The translations under genes were made by a program, and so were the position numbers. This document shows positions 1-13,148 of a DNA stretch of 64,000 nt, piece by piece (position 1 is the stretch's first letter; each line of letters starts with the position of its first letter). The DNA comes from Eledone cirrhosa (Eukaryota), in assembly GCA_964016885.1 (NCBI GenBank), contig OZ024743.1, forward strand, positions 159,340,001-159,404,000. The letters are read 5' to 3'. The notes under the pieces are model-generated. The model had not been told where the DNA came from, did no database searches, and saw nothing but the letters and a program-made list of their open reading frames with translations.

Positions 1-1196
1 TGAATAAAGAATTCAATGAAATTCTGATTGAAATAAATTCAAATTCTGAAGTAATTATATAATCCATTTAATTTTCACATTAAATTTCGCCTCCACTTCT
101 AATATTTCAAATATTTTTTGAATTTTCGAAGCTATTTTGTTTTCTTTATCAACATTTAATTTACTAACCGCAAATGCACTAGCATTTCTGTAAGATACGT
201 ACATTTTCAGAGTGTTTTAAAATGGAAATTCATATGAATGGTTTAAAATAATATTTTACACGAGGAAGATTAATATTATTTTATAAATATAAAGAACTCC
301 AAAGTATTTCCTAATTTAAATGTACAAACTTTCATTTCTCTATTTTTTACTAACAGAAAATGTTTAAATATTATGTCGTTTAGTTCTTATGTTTCCTTTA
401 GCCATCACTGTTAAAAAACATAATGGAGCAGCAATCTAGACAAGTCAACGAGGAAGAATCTACATAGTCACCCGAATTGCAAAAAATAGCTGCTAATATC
501 CTAAAATTATTAATAATGAATGACATATCGAATAACGTATTATGAGATAAACTGCCGGAAAAGACAGTTGATATGGCTGATATGGGGATAAACAAAAACA
601 AAACAAATTATACCCGAATCAATGAGGAAGCTACTATGGAAACACATGGCCAACTTAAAACACCAGCCAAATATCCATAATTGTTACCGTCTTAAATAAA
701 GCACATTAGACAAAATAGTCTTTCATACTCAAAAATGATATCATCACAGCTGGAATTATAGTGTTATGAGATTTGACTCAGGCGGAGGCAAAAAAAAAAA
801 AAAATCAAATCAAAATAATTCGAATAGATTTATTAAAAGCTTGTTCAATATTTCCTGTTAAATGCATACATGTATTATCTACGACATTCCGTTATATATA
901 CTGTTGCTACTTTTTTCCTGAAATAAAAACTTTATTGCTCATCTAGCTATATATTACTAAAAGTCTGTGATTGTTTGCTTGCTTGCGTGTCTGTAATATA
1001 ATACATCCAAAAGGGCGCATAATGGGAAATACTTTGAAAGGAAGTTGCCCCAGAAATGGGATTACAAATGGAATAAAACAAGTTTCGCGTAAATCGGACC
1101 ACGGGTTCCTGAGATATGGGTTTTTCCGGGAATTTTCATAAATAAAGAGAGAGAAATATAGAGAGAAAGAGATAGTGGTTGTGACTGAGTAGATTG

Positions 1197-1249
<53 letters not shown>

Positions 1250-1365
1250 AGGAGACTGAGAAGGAGAATGGAAGAGAGCTGATGATGTTGTGTATATACA
1301 TGAGTGTGTGTGTATATACATATGTGTATGTGTTTCTATGACGAGTGCATATAGATCATAGACAT

Positions 1366-1430
<65 letters not shown>

Positions 1431-2651
1431 GTGCGGACGGTATCTGAGGACAGATTTATGGTTTAAAAAAAAACGCTTATATAATAACAGAAAAAAAAAA
1501 CTGTTTTCTTATAGAAATAACATAAACATAAAGCTAAATTATCAATTTAATAATTTCATTCAATAAAACTACCATAAGCATCAATAACTACCTCTACGTT
1601 TGGTTGAAATCGTTTACAAGCTCGGATTAAGAGGTCCTTGTTCATATCGGACAGACTCAAACTATTGCGGCTTTCAAAGAATCTTTGGTGTTATGGGGAT
1701 GTTCATTGACATTTTTCTCAACGATGCTCCATACATAGTAGTCCAGTGGATTTTGGGGGTGATAGGATCATGCAATTTTACAGCCATCCGTTCTTGTGTC
1801 ATTTGAGCCTTGTGAGATGATGCAGAATCTTGTTGAAAGACACAAGGCCTTCCACTGCATACACTGTTGATCCAAGGCTTAACAACTTTATCCAGAACCT
1901 CAATATATGCAGCAGAATTCACCCTAAGGCATTGTGGAAAAAAGTGAGGAGGATCACATGTCCTTCATTGCTAACAACACCCAAAACCATGACACTTGCA
2001 GGAAATTTTGTGCGCATTACTTTTGGAACCTCAAAAGGGTCTGTACATAGCCACCTGTCATTTCTTCTGTTAGTTTTCTGGTCCTGTTCAAAGTTTTTCT
2101 CATCTGAGAAAAACCAAATCACACCATCATCTGATGGATTTTTAAGTTTTTTCAAAAGTCTTTGGGATCTGATTAAACGGTTTTCTTTTGTTTTTTTCTG
2201 ACATGAATTGACCTCTCCTCTTCATGTAAGATTTGTAGCTGTTGTTTTCATGCGCAACATTTCTGATTGTTTTTTCTGACACACCAACATTGTTTGCAAT
2301 TGACCTCATTGATTTTCCTGGATTGTCATCAATGTTTTGCTTAACTTCTTGAATTAATTAAGTGTCCTGATAGAATCAGAACGTTTGAAATGTTTTTTAC
2401 ATTTTGATACAGGTAATATGCTTCCATATTCTTTCTTTAACTCACACCAAATCTTGTGGACAAAAGATCTTGCAACTTTCAGAAAACGAGAAATTTCTAA
2501 ATCACCGTGCTTAGCGTTCAAAGCCACAACCACAACATGACTTTTCATTTCATTCGTAAGCATAATTATTTTCATTGTTATTTTATGAAATAGAAGTTCA
2601 ATAAAAATTAGTCACTAAAAATGCATATCCTCAAATACCGTCCACACCCTG
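1431..2651 (-). mobile_element. Decayed Tc1/mariner DNA transposon, DD37D/maT-like
   Basis: Imperfect TIRs: gtgcggacggtatctgagga at 1431 versus tcctcaaataccgtccacaccctg ending at 2651 and followed by TA. Split minus-strand transposase ORFs 2354-2575, 1919-2155 (FFSDEKNF...VMVLGVVS) and 1674-1922 (FQQDSASSH), with NPLDYYVW in another frame. CAGGGTG terminus. Confidence 0.85.
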
Positions 2652-2700
2652 TATATATATCTATATATATATATACACACACATATTTATACACGTATAT

Positions 2701-3078
2701 ATGGGCCATGTCAACTCTGGATGTCGGTGAGCATGTCCAGCTAACCTCAGTCTCCTCTGTGTCACTTTTGAGCTGACTTTTGGGATGTTCCCATACAGCT
2801 CTGAGTTTTTCATCCTCAGTGAATACTGATTAATGTTCAGCATTCTCGTGTAGCACCCATCCACCATCTGAGTTGACATTGCACTCAGTGCTCCTTTGGG
2901 AGCCCCTACATGGACACACTAGAAGAGGAAGACCAAGGTTAACGTATGTTGATGCCCTAAGGACAGACACTGGTCTGTTGGAGACGCAGGACATGGCAGC
3001 GATAATGAGGGACAGAGACCGCTGGAGAGAACTCGTCCATGGATCTCGGGAATTCTACCCGCCTTAGATAGATAGATA
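2701..3078 (+). mobile_element. 5'-truncated RTE-like LINE 3' end with an internal inversion
   Basis: Encodes DGCYTRML...RRLRLAGHAHRH on the minus strand and LLWEPLHG..RRGRPRLTYVD...DRDRWR on the plus strand. (TAGA)n tail. A colinear sister copy lies at 23650-24020. Confidence 0.85.
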
Positions 3079-4574
3079 TGGGTCATTCAGTTTCATTTCA
3101 CATTATATACATGTCTGTGTATATTTTAATTATTTAAAAATTATTTTTAAGAGAACATGATTTCTAAAAGATATTCTGAAGTGAACGTGACCTAACGGGT
3201 CACGGGTGGTCTAGTTGTCTATTAAAATTGCGTTTACAAGTAAGCTGTATCAGTTCATGATTGCCATCTTAGAGGATTAATGTTAACAAAATAAGAAACT
3301 CATTCAGATTACAAACATACACACACAAATACACATACACGTACATACTCACGTAGAAGGGATAATCGCGAGTAATTTTATTTCCGAATAACTGTCGAAT
3401 ATTCTTAAAGAAGATAGCATAAGTATTTAATAGAACTGTGAAACATATTTTGGCAAAAGATTTGAACGATTTCAAATTAATTTGAAAAATTATCCAGATG
3501 CTAAGCGCAGCAGTTGTTGATTTAACACTCTATTAAAACAGTAAGCGGTCAACGTATCTATTAAATCCCATAGCATTTGTATCGACACAGTTTCATTAAA
3601 ATTGACTATCTATATGTTTACTCACAGTCGTTTTTGAGGTTATAGATTTAAGATGGCAATGCCAAATTTGAAAGAAAAAATGATACTTCATAAAAAAAAA
3701 AAAAACCAAGACAAAATCAAAAATGCGATTTCATCGTATTCAATATAGATTAATTTTTATGTATATTTCACTTGTTGGCACAGCATTAGAAATATTTCCT
3801 TTCGCGTTGCTGAAGTAAACATAGTTTGCACAACGAAGTCCCCTTTCATGTTCTTTACGCCGGTGTATTACGAATAAACAATAGGTTATGTACCTTTACT
3901 CACACCAACGAATAATAAATATTTCAATTACGTTTATTGCATAAACTCAAAATATCACAATATATATATATATGGGTTGTATAATTTGCTATTAGAATAT
4001 GTACTGCAACATCTTTGCAACATCATATCCAGCACCAATGACGATTCCGGAGAAAAGATTGTCCTATTGTTTGAAGCACATAAGGATTGTTGTTTAACAG
4101 CTTGATCTTTTTTTGTCAAATACAAACTTTTTTTATACAAAATCTTTACCTTTGACATTGAGTTTTCGCAATTCATTTATTAACACTTCAAAACACTGTG
4201 CTTGTTTAAATTAATGCTTTGACGTTACGGTGTACAAGATTTGTGTTTTGTAAATTATTATGTAACATCTATGATGTCTCATCAACACTACAATGTCTGA
4301 GGCTGATTTAATATCGTTTATTGTTTGTTTGAATTTTTAATTTATATATTTCATTTTAATTTCATTGCAAACGTTATTGAAATTGAAATTTGAATTTAAT
4401 GTTTAATTCCGAAGGAAATCTTTTGATTTTATTGGGAAACTGTGAGTTGGTTTAACAGAATAATTTCTTGTGGTGAGCATTGCTTTAAACCCGTTTGTAA
4501 CATGTTGTTTTTTAAAATACTGGTGTGCCTCTGGTAGTATAATTTTAATTTCTATTTTGGTGTTTATTGTGGGA

Positions 4575-4636
<62 letters not shown>

Positions 4637-5569
4637 CTATATATTTGTTATACTATGTTCAACTGGCATAGAGCAATTATAAATTAGGAATCATTTTGCA
4701 AACCAGAGATATGTCACACACTTGGGCACTTCCTTTTGTTATACATTTTAAATCGAATTTTGATGCTATTAAGAAAACTGTATCAAGCTGTATATATTAG
4801 CTTTGTATTGATAAGCCACATCTTTCAAAAACATGTCAAGTAAAGTCAACTATCTTCATTTATACGGAGCCGTTGCTACTATCAACGTTTGCATCGCTGA
4901 AAATAATATTTAATTTTCTTCTCGTCACTTCCTTTCTGAAATAATTTGTTTCCCTCCAAAATGCTTAAATTGAAGGAAAGCAATCTTTCATACACGTGAA
5001 AATAAACAATATTAATATATATGTCATTGTTTCAATATCTAGAAAATGTATGTAAACAAATGTTGGACAAACATTACTTTGCTATTTTTGTCGTTTGGTG
5101 AAATTTGAATTGCAATTTACGTTTAGAACTGATTTGACTCATTAGATTTGTAAAGAATGTTTTCGTCGATTTGGTTGTATATAGAAAAAATAATTTATTA
5201 ATAAGTTTGCAAATAGTTTACAAGATATGAGCCTGATCGCTTATTTTAGTATAGTGAGCTATATTATATGATGAATCCTCCTTTATTAGACGTGATAGAG
5301 AGAATTCCAACAGTTGGTATGACGATATGGAAGCTCATTTGTTTGGATCTCTGTGCTTTGGTTTCAAATCCTATGGCGGCCAACATTGTATTTCATATTT
5401 TATGAGTCAAGAAAATAATGTACCATTCCACGGCACTAGATTAGGGAATTGTCAAAAAAACGTATAACATTTCCTGGGATATTTGTTTCGGCAATTTCTG
5501 TTTTGAGTTAAGATTCCTCGCATATGGTCAAGGATCAAGGGTAATGAGTCAAAGAATACGATTGCAAAT

Positions 5570-5895
5570 ACGAACGTGCGAAAAGGGGTTTCCCCAAAGG
5601 GTCTTTGGAATAACATTACTCAATAGAGTGCGTAGCTTGTAGATCAGAGAATCGCTCCACGTAGAGCCATAACTCATCCGAATTAAGAAATCACAGCTCT
5701 GATAATATGGGCAAGTGATTAGAATGTCTTAGGAAAGAATCGTTACACGGATTTTACCGGCAAAACCAGCTCAATCAGCAGTAGACCCCAATTCAGATCG
5801 TTGGATAACATCTATGAGCTCGGCTGGTCTCACTTGGGGATCCAGCCAGATCAATTGGAGACAGTTCCTTCTGACTTGACCCACTGGAAGGAAGG
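5570..5895 (+). mobile_element. Highly decayed RTE-like LINE 3' fragment
   Basis: Broken frames resemble the RTE C-terminus (IRESLHVEP..IRIKKSQL..YGQVIRM). Many stops. Confidence 0.45.
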
Positions 5896-5904
5896 TTTGA
5901 AGAA

Positions 5905-6155
5905 TCTGCCTCCACGACACTCCTAGGAATAAAATACATAGCCAAAGCCCCATGACTTAAAAATATATACAGCATACAAAAGATAGTATTACTAGGCACT
6001 GTACACATGTTACGAAAAGTACTATCCTTACAACAGAAACAATATCAGCAAAAACTAACATGCTCATACCCAAGGCGCACAGAGCTGTTTTCGGTAAAGC
6101 AGAAGTGATCTACAATAAAAATAATAATGGAAATGATAATAATGATAATATTAAT
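5905..6155 (+). mobile_element. 3' end of an R4/Dong-clade LINE with degenerate (AAT)n tail
   Basis: Encodes IQKIVLLGTVHMLRKVLSL, matching the C-terminus LQKACLLGTARTLRYVLNI of the 31698-35090 ORF. Followed by a short 3' UTR and aataataatgg..gataataatgataat. Confidence 0.7.
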
Positions 6156-8230
6156 AAAAGGATTTCATCTAGGGCTCGTCCGCCCGACAGAACCCTCTTT
6201 CCTGTAGAGGTTATCTTGAACCGGCAGTGCCCAACGGTATCATTACCAAACGAGGAATAGTCCACGGCTCGAAAGCTCTGTGGTCAGTTCAATTTCAGCG
6301 AAGCCTTGAGTCTCTCCAATTGTGTCGTCGCACTTGCCAACCACATATCATCTATGGAACTCGAGAATGGAAGTTGCACTGGCCACAGTTCCAGCCCGAG
6401 AGAGAGCAGTGAGCGTCTGTCAATATTCCAGATGCCAGACGCCCAGTCCTGGTCTCGTCTTGACACAGGACTGCAGTAAAATCAAAGAGATGAGTGCAGA
6501 AAGGACTGTCTCACAAACGGTGACCACACCTGTTCACCGTTTAGGCAAAATATCTCAAAATTCAGAAGCCTCACGGCATGCCTCACCCTCCTCGTAGAGG
6601 ATCCTGGCAGCAGATGGACTGCCTCACCAACGCAACCTGTCCCTTCCCAAAGAAGTTGAAGAGGAGCTGTTTCAGTTTGGCGAGGCGCGAACGGGGTCAA
6701 GGAGCGATGGTCAGGCGGTAGTAGACGACGAATGTGATGTACACGTTCGCCACTTTCGCCAGACCTTTCAGGGCCAGCTTTCTCGCAACCCAATTCTGGG
6801 TTAGACTGGCTACTCTGTTCGAAACTGCGTCCCAATTCTTATACAACTGGAGGTCTGGTCCGAACCAAACTTCGAGCAACTTTACCAGTCGGTCCACACA
6901 GCGCCTGGCGACGCTCTTGGACGGCATCGACTTGCCTCTCCAGGTGCTGAGCTGCAATCCTACTGAATTTTCCGGGTTTAGTTTTGCTCACACCAACCGT
7001 TTATATTCCTCCAATAAGGTGCCGACCACCTCGATTTCCGTGGTGTTCAACACCATCACGGTGATGTCGTCCGCATATGCCGATCCAGCATTTCCACGTC
7101 CCGATTCGAACGGGATCAACAGCTCCAGCTTCTGCAGCAACGGCTCGAAAGTCAATACGTACATAAAGAAAGTGAAAGGACACCCTTGGTGGACCGACCG
7201 ATTGGGAGATCTGAAACGGTTCCGAAAGATGGCCACCGAGCAGATCTTATTGTACATTTCAGCGATCAAGCCTCTGAAGATGGGGTCGAAGGCAACTGCC
7301 TCGATGACAGCCTCCAGCTATGGAAAGTTTTAGATTGATCTAAATTGATTAAGGCCCCTCAGAAACCAGGTTTATGCCCTACACTCTCTATGATATATCG
7401 CATTAGGTGGAGGTTGTTTTGTATGGACCTGATCGGGAATGTGCAAATTTGCGCCACCCCTACCAGATCCACAATGACAAGCTCCAACCTCTTCGCAAAC
7501 ATCTTCGCCGAAATCTCATTCTCTGTGTTTAGCAGATTTATGGTACTGAAGTTGTCTAATGTTTCCTTCTCGTTTTCTTCTTTCCGTATCAGCGTCACTA
7601 CGCCGCGTCTCACAGAAGTGGGAATACTCCCGTTCTTCTGCTAGTTTCAGTAGAGTGCTTCGAGGAGATTGTAGGGAAAACCATCCAAATCGGGTGATTT
7701 ACATCTCGTGCAACTGATAAGTGCATCCATAATCTCGTCCGAAGTTATGGACCTTTCACAGAGCTCAACATCGGCTGGTGAGAGACGTGCTAGGTGGTTG
7801 ATGTAGAGATTGATATATGAACCGTCTTCGACATCCCTTCCGCCCATCACAAACAACCGAGCACATTGCTGGTGAAAGGCCTCACACAATCACAGCTGCC
7901 TGATATCGTTCATCTCGCGATTGTTTCGGTTCGTCAAAGACCGAATTGTGGTTTTGTTTTGAAGCTGCGGCTCTGCCATGCTGGCCCATCTAACAGCGTT
8001 CATTCCCTCCTGTTTTTGAACGCGCGCCTTAGCTCTGATAATGCAACCTTTGTATTTCACAAAGTCTAACGCCATTCTCGCCGCTAGCATGTTCAATTTC
8101 ACTACAAATAGCCTCGTCAAATTTAGCCACCGGTTCCCCTTCTTTTCTATTATTCTCTAACGCTATTTATTTACTAAAACCTCTCGAAATTATTTTAATC
8201 TCTTTTTTGAGAACCCTCCACCACACGTTG
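6155..8230 (-). pseudogene. Decayed Tx1/L1-clade LINE ORF2 (RT region)
   Basis: Minus-strand fragments KSPDLDGFPY, INLLNTENEISAKMFAKRL, SVHQGCPF, SAYADDITV and VKLLEVWFGPD, colinear with the element at 24133-29927. Confidence 0.9.
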
Positions 8231-9754
8231 TTGACGAACATTTAAACATCCTATTCTTAGGATGGTTGCGTTGGCAGGATTAAAGACAGAGGAACAGTTT
8301 ACTTACCTTCTGGGGGCTTGTGGAAGACGGGTGGTTTGAGCTCGATGTTTGGTGGCGTTTCCATCGGGAACCCCTTTATAAGCCTGCTCCAAGGTTTCAC
8401 ATTAAAGATCAGACACATACTTGTGTATGATATATTACCCTAGCAATGACGGACATAAGCGATAGTCCCGTAATCTGTAGATATATTTGACCGGCCACAG
8501 TTAAAAGCGATCCCAATGAAAAGCAAATACGGTAGTGACGGCGATGAAAGTTCACGTTTCAATATAAAAGTATTTTGTTTATATATCAAAACGTACGTGG
8601 AATATGATTTTAGTAGCCTTCCTCTCTTTTAATTCTGTAGGAGTAAACTATGTTTCCATGAATGTTCATTTTTACACATAATTTAAATATTAACGTTCTC
8701 ACGTTCTAAATAAGCACTGATTCTTCAAATCTGTGCACCCATTTTCTGGCAATACGCCTCCTTACTATACAACTTCGCTTTTAATGCTTATACACTATTC
8801 TCTGGTTACACAAATCCCATGCTCAATATTTCCCATTTGTTCCGTTCGCTTTACGAAAACTTGCCTTTATTGTTGCTGGATGATTTAAATAACTCAATGT
8901 TTCTATCTATTCTTCCTGTCGAAATGACGATTTACGCTTCAGTGACATTTAATGTATTGATTATCAATTCTAGGATTGATGAATTGATTGATTCTGTCTA
9001 CTGGCGCTACATTTATCTCCATAAAAACAATTGTATAAAAAAAAAGATAGAATTTGAAGGACAACCTTGATTTTAGTTTTGTATAGATTATTTAGGTTTT
9101 GCGGGTTTCACTGCCTTTATCTATCAGTATTGTATCTCATTGGAGTACAACTTAGACTTGGATTCCTGCATGTTGTCAACTTTTTGAACGCTTCAAGTTG
9201 ACGCACTTACGAAGATAATAGTGAATTATTCCTTTCTCTCTCTCATCTCTCTCACTCTCTCTGTCTCTGTCTCTGTCTTTGTCTCTCTCTCTCCGTCTGC
9301 CCCTCTCTCACTCTCTCTCTATATATATACAAATATGCTTATATACATATGTGTATGTGTATGCAAACTCTTCAGTATAAACAAGTCGAACAAAGAGTAC
9401 ACAATCCTGAAAAGTGAGTGTTATATTTAACTTGAAACTGAAAGTTCTGTTCCTCATCTTTGGATGTTAAGGAAGACGGTAACATGCGACATGTGTTTAA
9501 AAAAGATTCAGTGGAAATATTTGAAGATCTAGATAAGATTTGATTGGATAATAGCATGAGGAAGCATAAGTAAAGACAGTAAACACATAACAGTTGTATG
9601 AAAACTGCAATATTGAAATATACGAATGTTACGAGAAACGTTTGTGGAACAAAATTATGGGAAGACGAGATTAAAAACATGAATGTGTATTTATAATGTA
9701 TGTATGCATATATTTATACATATACACACGCATATATGCACATACACACACATT

Positions 9755-9995
9755 CACCATGCCTGATAATAAGAGCTACCCCAAACAGATCATCGCTGCT
9801 ACCAACTCGTTCATACGCAGAGTTAGATGGAAAGCCTACAATATGGATAGAGAAATAACTAAACATTCCAAAACTAAAGATACGTACGGATTCAAGACCT
9901 ATGAGAACCCACCGCAGAATATCTTACTGGACTCTTTCTAAAATAATCTACTGAACATGATTAGAAACTTAAGATTAAAAAAGAGATCCATATGC
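9755..9995 (+). mobile_element. Probable Penelope-like element N-terminal ORF remnant
   Basis: YPKQIIAATNSFIRRVRWKAY...TYGFKTYENPPQ resembles the pre-RT region of PLE ORFs. Recognised from memory, not by alignment. Confidence 0.5.
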
Positions 9996-10049
9996 ACTAA
10001 CACATTTTTGGATTCCTGCACTTGAAGCGTTCTGTAGAACGCTTCAAGT

Positions 10050-10205
10050 GCGTGATGGAGGCATATTTTGCAACATTGAGTTATATCCCATTACGTTCTA
10101 AGTTCAAATCCCACCGAGGTTAACATCCTTACGAGGTCGATAAAATAAAACACCAGTAATGCACTGGGATAATTGCTAGCATTGTGCCAAAAGTAGAAAC
10201 AATTA
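10050..10205 (+). mobile_element. Partial tRNA-derived SINE (family of 40737-40922)
   Basis: B-box-like agttcaaatccc, body ggtcgataaaataaa..ccagtaatgcactggg and tail gccaaaagtagaaacaatt, all shared with three other copies in the window. Confidence 0.75.
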
Positions 10206-10887
10206 TAGTATACACTCCCTACCAACACTTATTAACAATAGAGCCGATACAGTAATTAATTTCTCACACAGGCTTCCCTACTATTTCTCTAACAGTGTCT
10301 ATGATACCATATAGCCATCTAAAATGTTCAGACTTAATTTCCTCCCTCAACCCTAAAATATGCCCCTATTGACGATTTTCTATAGACTAGTCAAGATCTT
10401 TTAATTTAAAAAAAATGTCCTTTTTTTCCTTCTTCCCCATGTTAATATGACTATGAATCCCTGCAACTTATAATTGATGACTTCATTGAAGACTGTATAC
10501 CTTGGTCCCCAATACACCAGCTAAACATCTACTCTATCAATATCACATAAATTGGCAGGTTATAATTTATTTTTTTAAATACACTACCGTTCTCCTTTTA
10601 AACGAGTTACGGATCAAAGTATGAGTTCCGATGTATATATATGCCTCTAAGCAATCCTCTGAAGGAATAATTATACAATTAATGTCTAGCTTTGCTGTCG
10701 TACGGATTCAACTTTCCCTCCAGCAACATCTTTAAAGATGAGGAATGCTTCTCTTCTGAAGAGTCTTAAGTACTATATATGTCGACCTGTTGTATTGTAA
10801 TTGTACGTTTAGTTGAAGCATTGTGTAAGAAGTAAATCTTGTTTTTAAATGCATTGCCTTCTTCATCCCCCCCACACATATATACAT

Positions 10888-10964
<77 letters not shown>

Positions 10965-10965
<1 letters not shown>

Positions 10966-11470
10966 CTCGTCTACACCTGTGCTAAGGATATGAAGGCTCA
11001 CATCACCATCAACCCTAAGGGCACAAGCCCACCAGGATTCTCTTTCTGAAGGCCTGAAGCTTGTCCCCTTCAACAATAGTGCAACACATCCGCTGTAATT
11101 TACAAAGCTGTAGTCACTGCTAACCCACCAAATCAACAAGGGATCAAAACCTATGTAGGTATGCTGGAGGGTCGGTTTAAAGTCGCATCCTGAATCATCT
11201 GTTAACCTTCAGATACCCAGACAAACGATTGTCCACGAAAATCGCAAGCCACATATGGTCTCTCAAGGACGCAGACGCAGATTACTCCATCCAACGGAAA
11301 GTTATAACCAAGTCTAAGCCATACAGAAATGGGAATCCGTCGTGTGGGCTGTACATTGAAAAATAATCGATATACTGAGGAGATGGCGTAGTAACGCTTG
11401 TCTAAATTCAAGACACAGTTCTACTCACGTTGTCCTCACGTTTCGAAACATCTATTACGTAATTTTAAAG
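10965..11470 (+). pseudogene. Penelope-like GIY-YIG endonuclease remnant
   Basis: Manual translation across frameshifts: ACPLQ..VIYKAVV...KTYVGMLEGRFK..ILNHLLTF...STKIASHIWSLKD...CGLYIEK...CPH. Homologous to ORF 48002-48685. Confidence 0.75.
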
Positions 11471-11789
11471 CCCCAGACTGACTACCGGACGCAACCTCTA
11501 GAATATCATGAAGAACCCATTGAATTCTGAGCTTTCGCAGTCGACTTCCTCGCATAGATCTAACGTCAGTTGATCACCTTTGAGAAGAATGTCTTCTGTG
11601 CATGTGTATTCGTATAATTGTTTCCCTTTACGTATAATCTCATTTAAAACGAGCTGATGATCCGTCTTAGGAGAAAGAAATATTGTTCTTGAAAAGGGTG
11701 AATTAACTGTTGTGGAACTAATTCTACCAAACTCTTCCCATGGACTGACTGCTCTTCTACTACGGATATAACCCACCAGTGTTCTACTA

Positions 11790-11802
11790 TACACACACAC
11801 AT

Positions 11803-11900
<98 letters not shown>

Positions 11901-11907
11901 GTATATA

Positions 11908-11940
<33 letters not shown>

Positions 11941-11959
11941 ATATATATATGTATATATG

Positions 11960-11996
<37 letters not shown>

Positions 11997-12025
11997 GTAT
12001 ATATGTACATATATATATATATATG

Positions 12026-12087
<62 letters not shown>

Positions 12088-12100
12088 TACATATATATAT

Positions 12101-12133
<33 letters not shown>

Positions 12134-12170
12134 TATATACATATATATACATATATATATATATATACAT
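11790..12170. repeat. Compound (CA)n/(TA)n microsatellite
   Basis: Directly visible dinucleotide tract with interspersed TG/CA variants. Confidence 0.95.
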
Positions 12171-12417
12171 ACTAGTATTTCAGTATACATATATGGATGT
12201 ACATCTTTAACTTAATTGTTTAAGCGTCAGTCATACAAAAGTGAGTTACAAACGAAACGAAGTTTAATTTCGTTTCGTTATTTGTTTTTATCGTCTCCGT
12301 TGAACCGGTACTTACTCACACTCTATGCAAATTAGTCTGCCCACTACTAATTTTCATAGAAAAAGCATATAACGATATGTGCTTTTACGATTCTCTAGAG
12401 AGGCCGGAAGATAGGTA

Positions 12418-12462
12418 AATATTGCTGATGAGTTGTAACAACAACGAAACTAGTTCAATATT
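12418..12462 (+). ncRNA. Minimal type I hammerhead ribozyme (unit 1)
   Basis: Stem I AAUAUUG/CAAUAUU; core CUGAUGA; stem II GUUG(U)-AACA-(A)CAAC; GAAA; stem III AC-UA-GU (palindrome ACUAGU); GUU cleavage triplet. Confidence 0.85.
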
Positions 12463-12884
12463 CCTTGTCTGGCTTTCTGGAGAATAGAGGAAAGGTGTTT
12501 CCTCAAAAACCAGTATGACTCTAAAAACCGGTTTGTCTGTGTGTTAACATACAGAATAGCTGGCCACTCACAATAAAGTGACCAGTGAAAAAACTTGGTA
12601 CATCTACATATGTATACGTGTGTGTATTCATATACATACTAGTATTTCAGTATACATATATGGATGTACATCTTTAACTTAATTGTTTAAGCGTCAGTCA
12701 TACAAAAGTGAGTTACAAACGAAACGAAGTTTAATTTCGTTTCGTTATTTGTTTTTATCGTCTCCGTTGAACCGGTACTTACTCACACTCTATGCAAATT
12801 AGTCTGCCCACTACTAATTTTCATAGAAAAAGCATATAACGATATGTGCTTTTACGATTCTCTAGAGAGGCCGGAAGATAGGTA

Positions 12885-12929
12885 AATATTGCTGATGAGT
12901 TGTAACAACAACGAAACTAGTTCAATATT
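12885..12929 (+). ncRNA. Minimal type I hammerhead ribozyme (unit 2)
   Basis: Identical to 12418-12462 and 467 bp downstream. Confidence 0.85.
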
Positions 12930-13148
12930 CCTTGTCTGGCTTTCTGGAGAATAGAGGAAAGGTGTTTCCTCAAAAACCAGTATGACTCTAAAAACCGGTT
13001 TGTCTGTGTGTTAACATACAGAATAGCTGGCCACTCACAATAAAGTGACCAGTGAAAAAACTTGGTACATCTACATATGTATACGTGTGTGTATTCATAT
13101 ACATACTAGTATTTCAGTATACATATATGGATGTACATCTTTAACTTA

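Larger units (their letters stand above)
942..3214 (+). mobile_element. Putative non-autonomous Helitron hosting nested Tc1/mariner and RTE insertions
   Basis: 5' end a|TCtagctatatattactaaaa followed by degenerate (TGCT/CTGT) repeats. 3' subterminal hairpin cgtgacc-taacg-ggtcacg, then ggtggtCTAG|t at 3211-3215. Pairing the two ends into one element is an inference. Confidence 0.5.

Noticed and set aside
390-680. Possible host exon after tttcctttag
   Set aside because: All three plus frames hit stops within about 70 nt and there is no recognisable domain.
3955-4176. Possible mariner remnant (DNLFSGIVIG in one minus frame)
   Set aside because: Single weak motif and no TIRs found.
10750-10790. 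ctgaagagtcttaagtactatatatgtc, HHR-like
   Set aside because: The GAAA half of the core is missing; at best a dead remnant.
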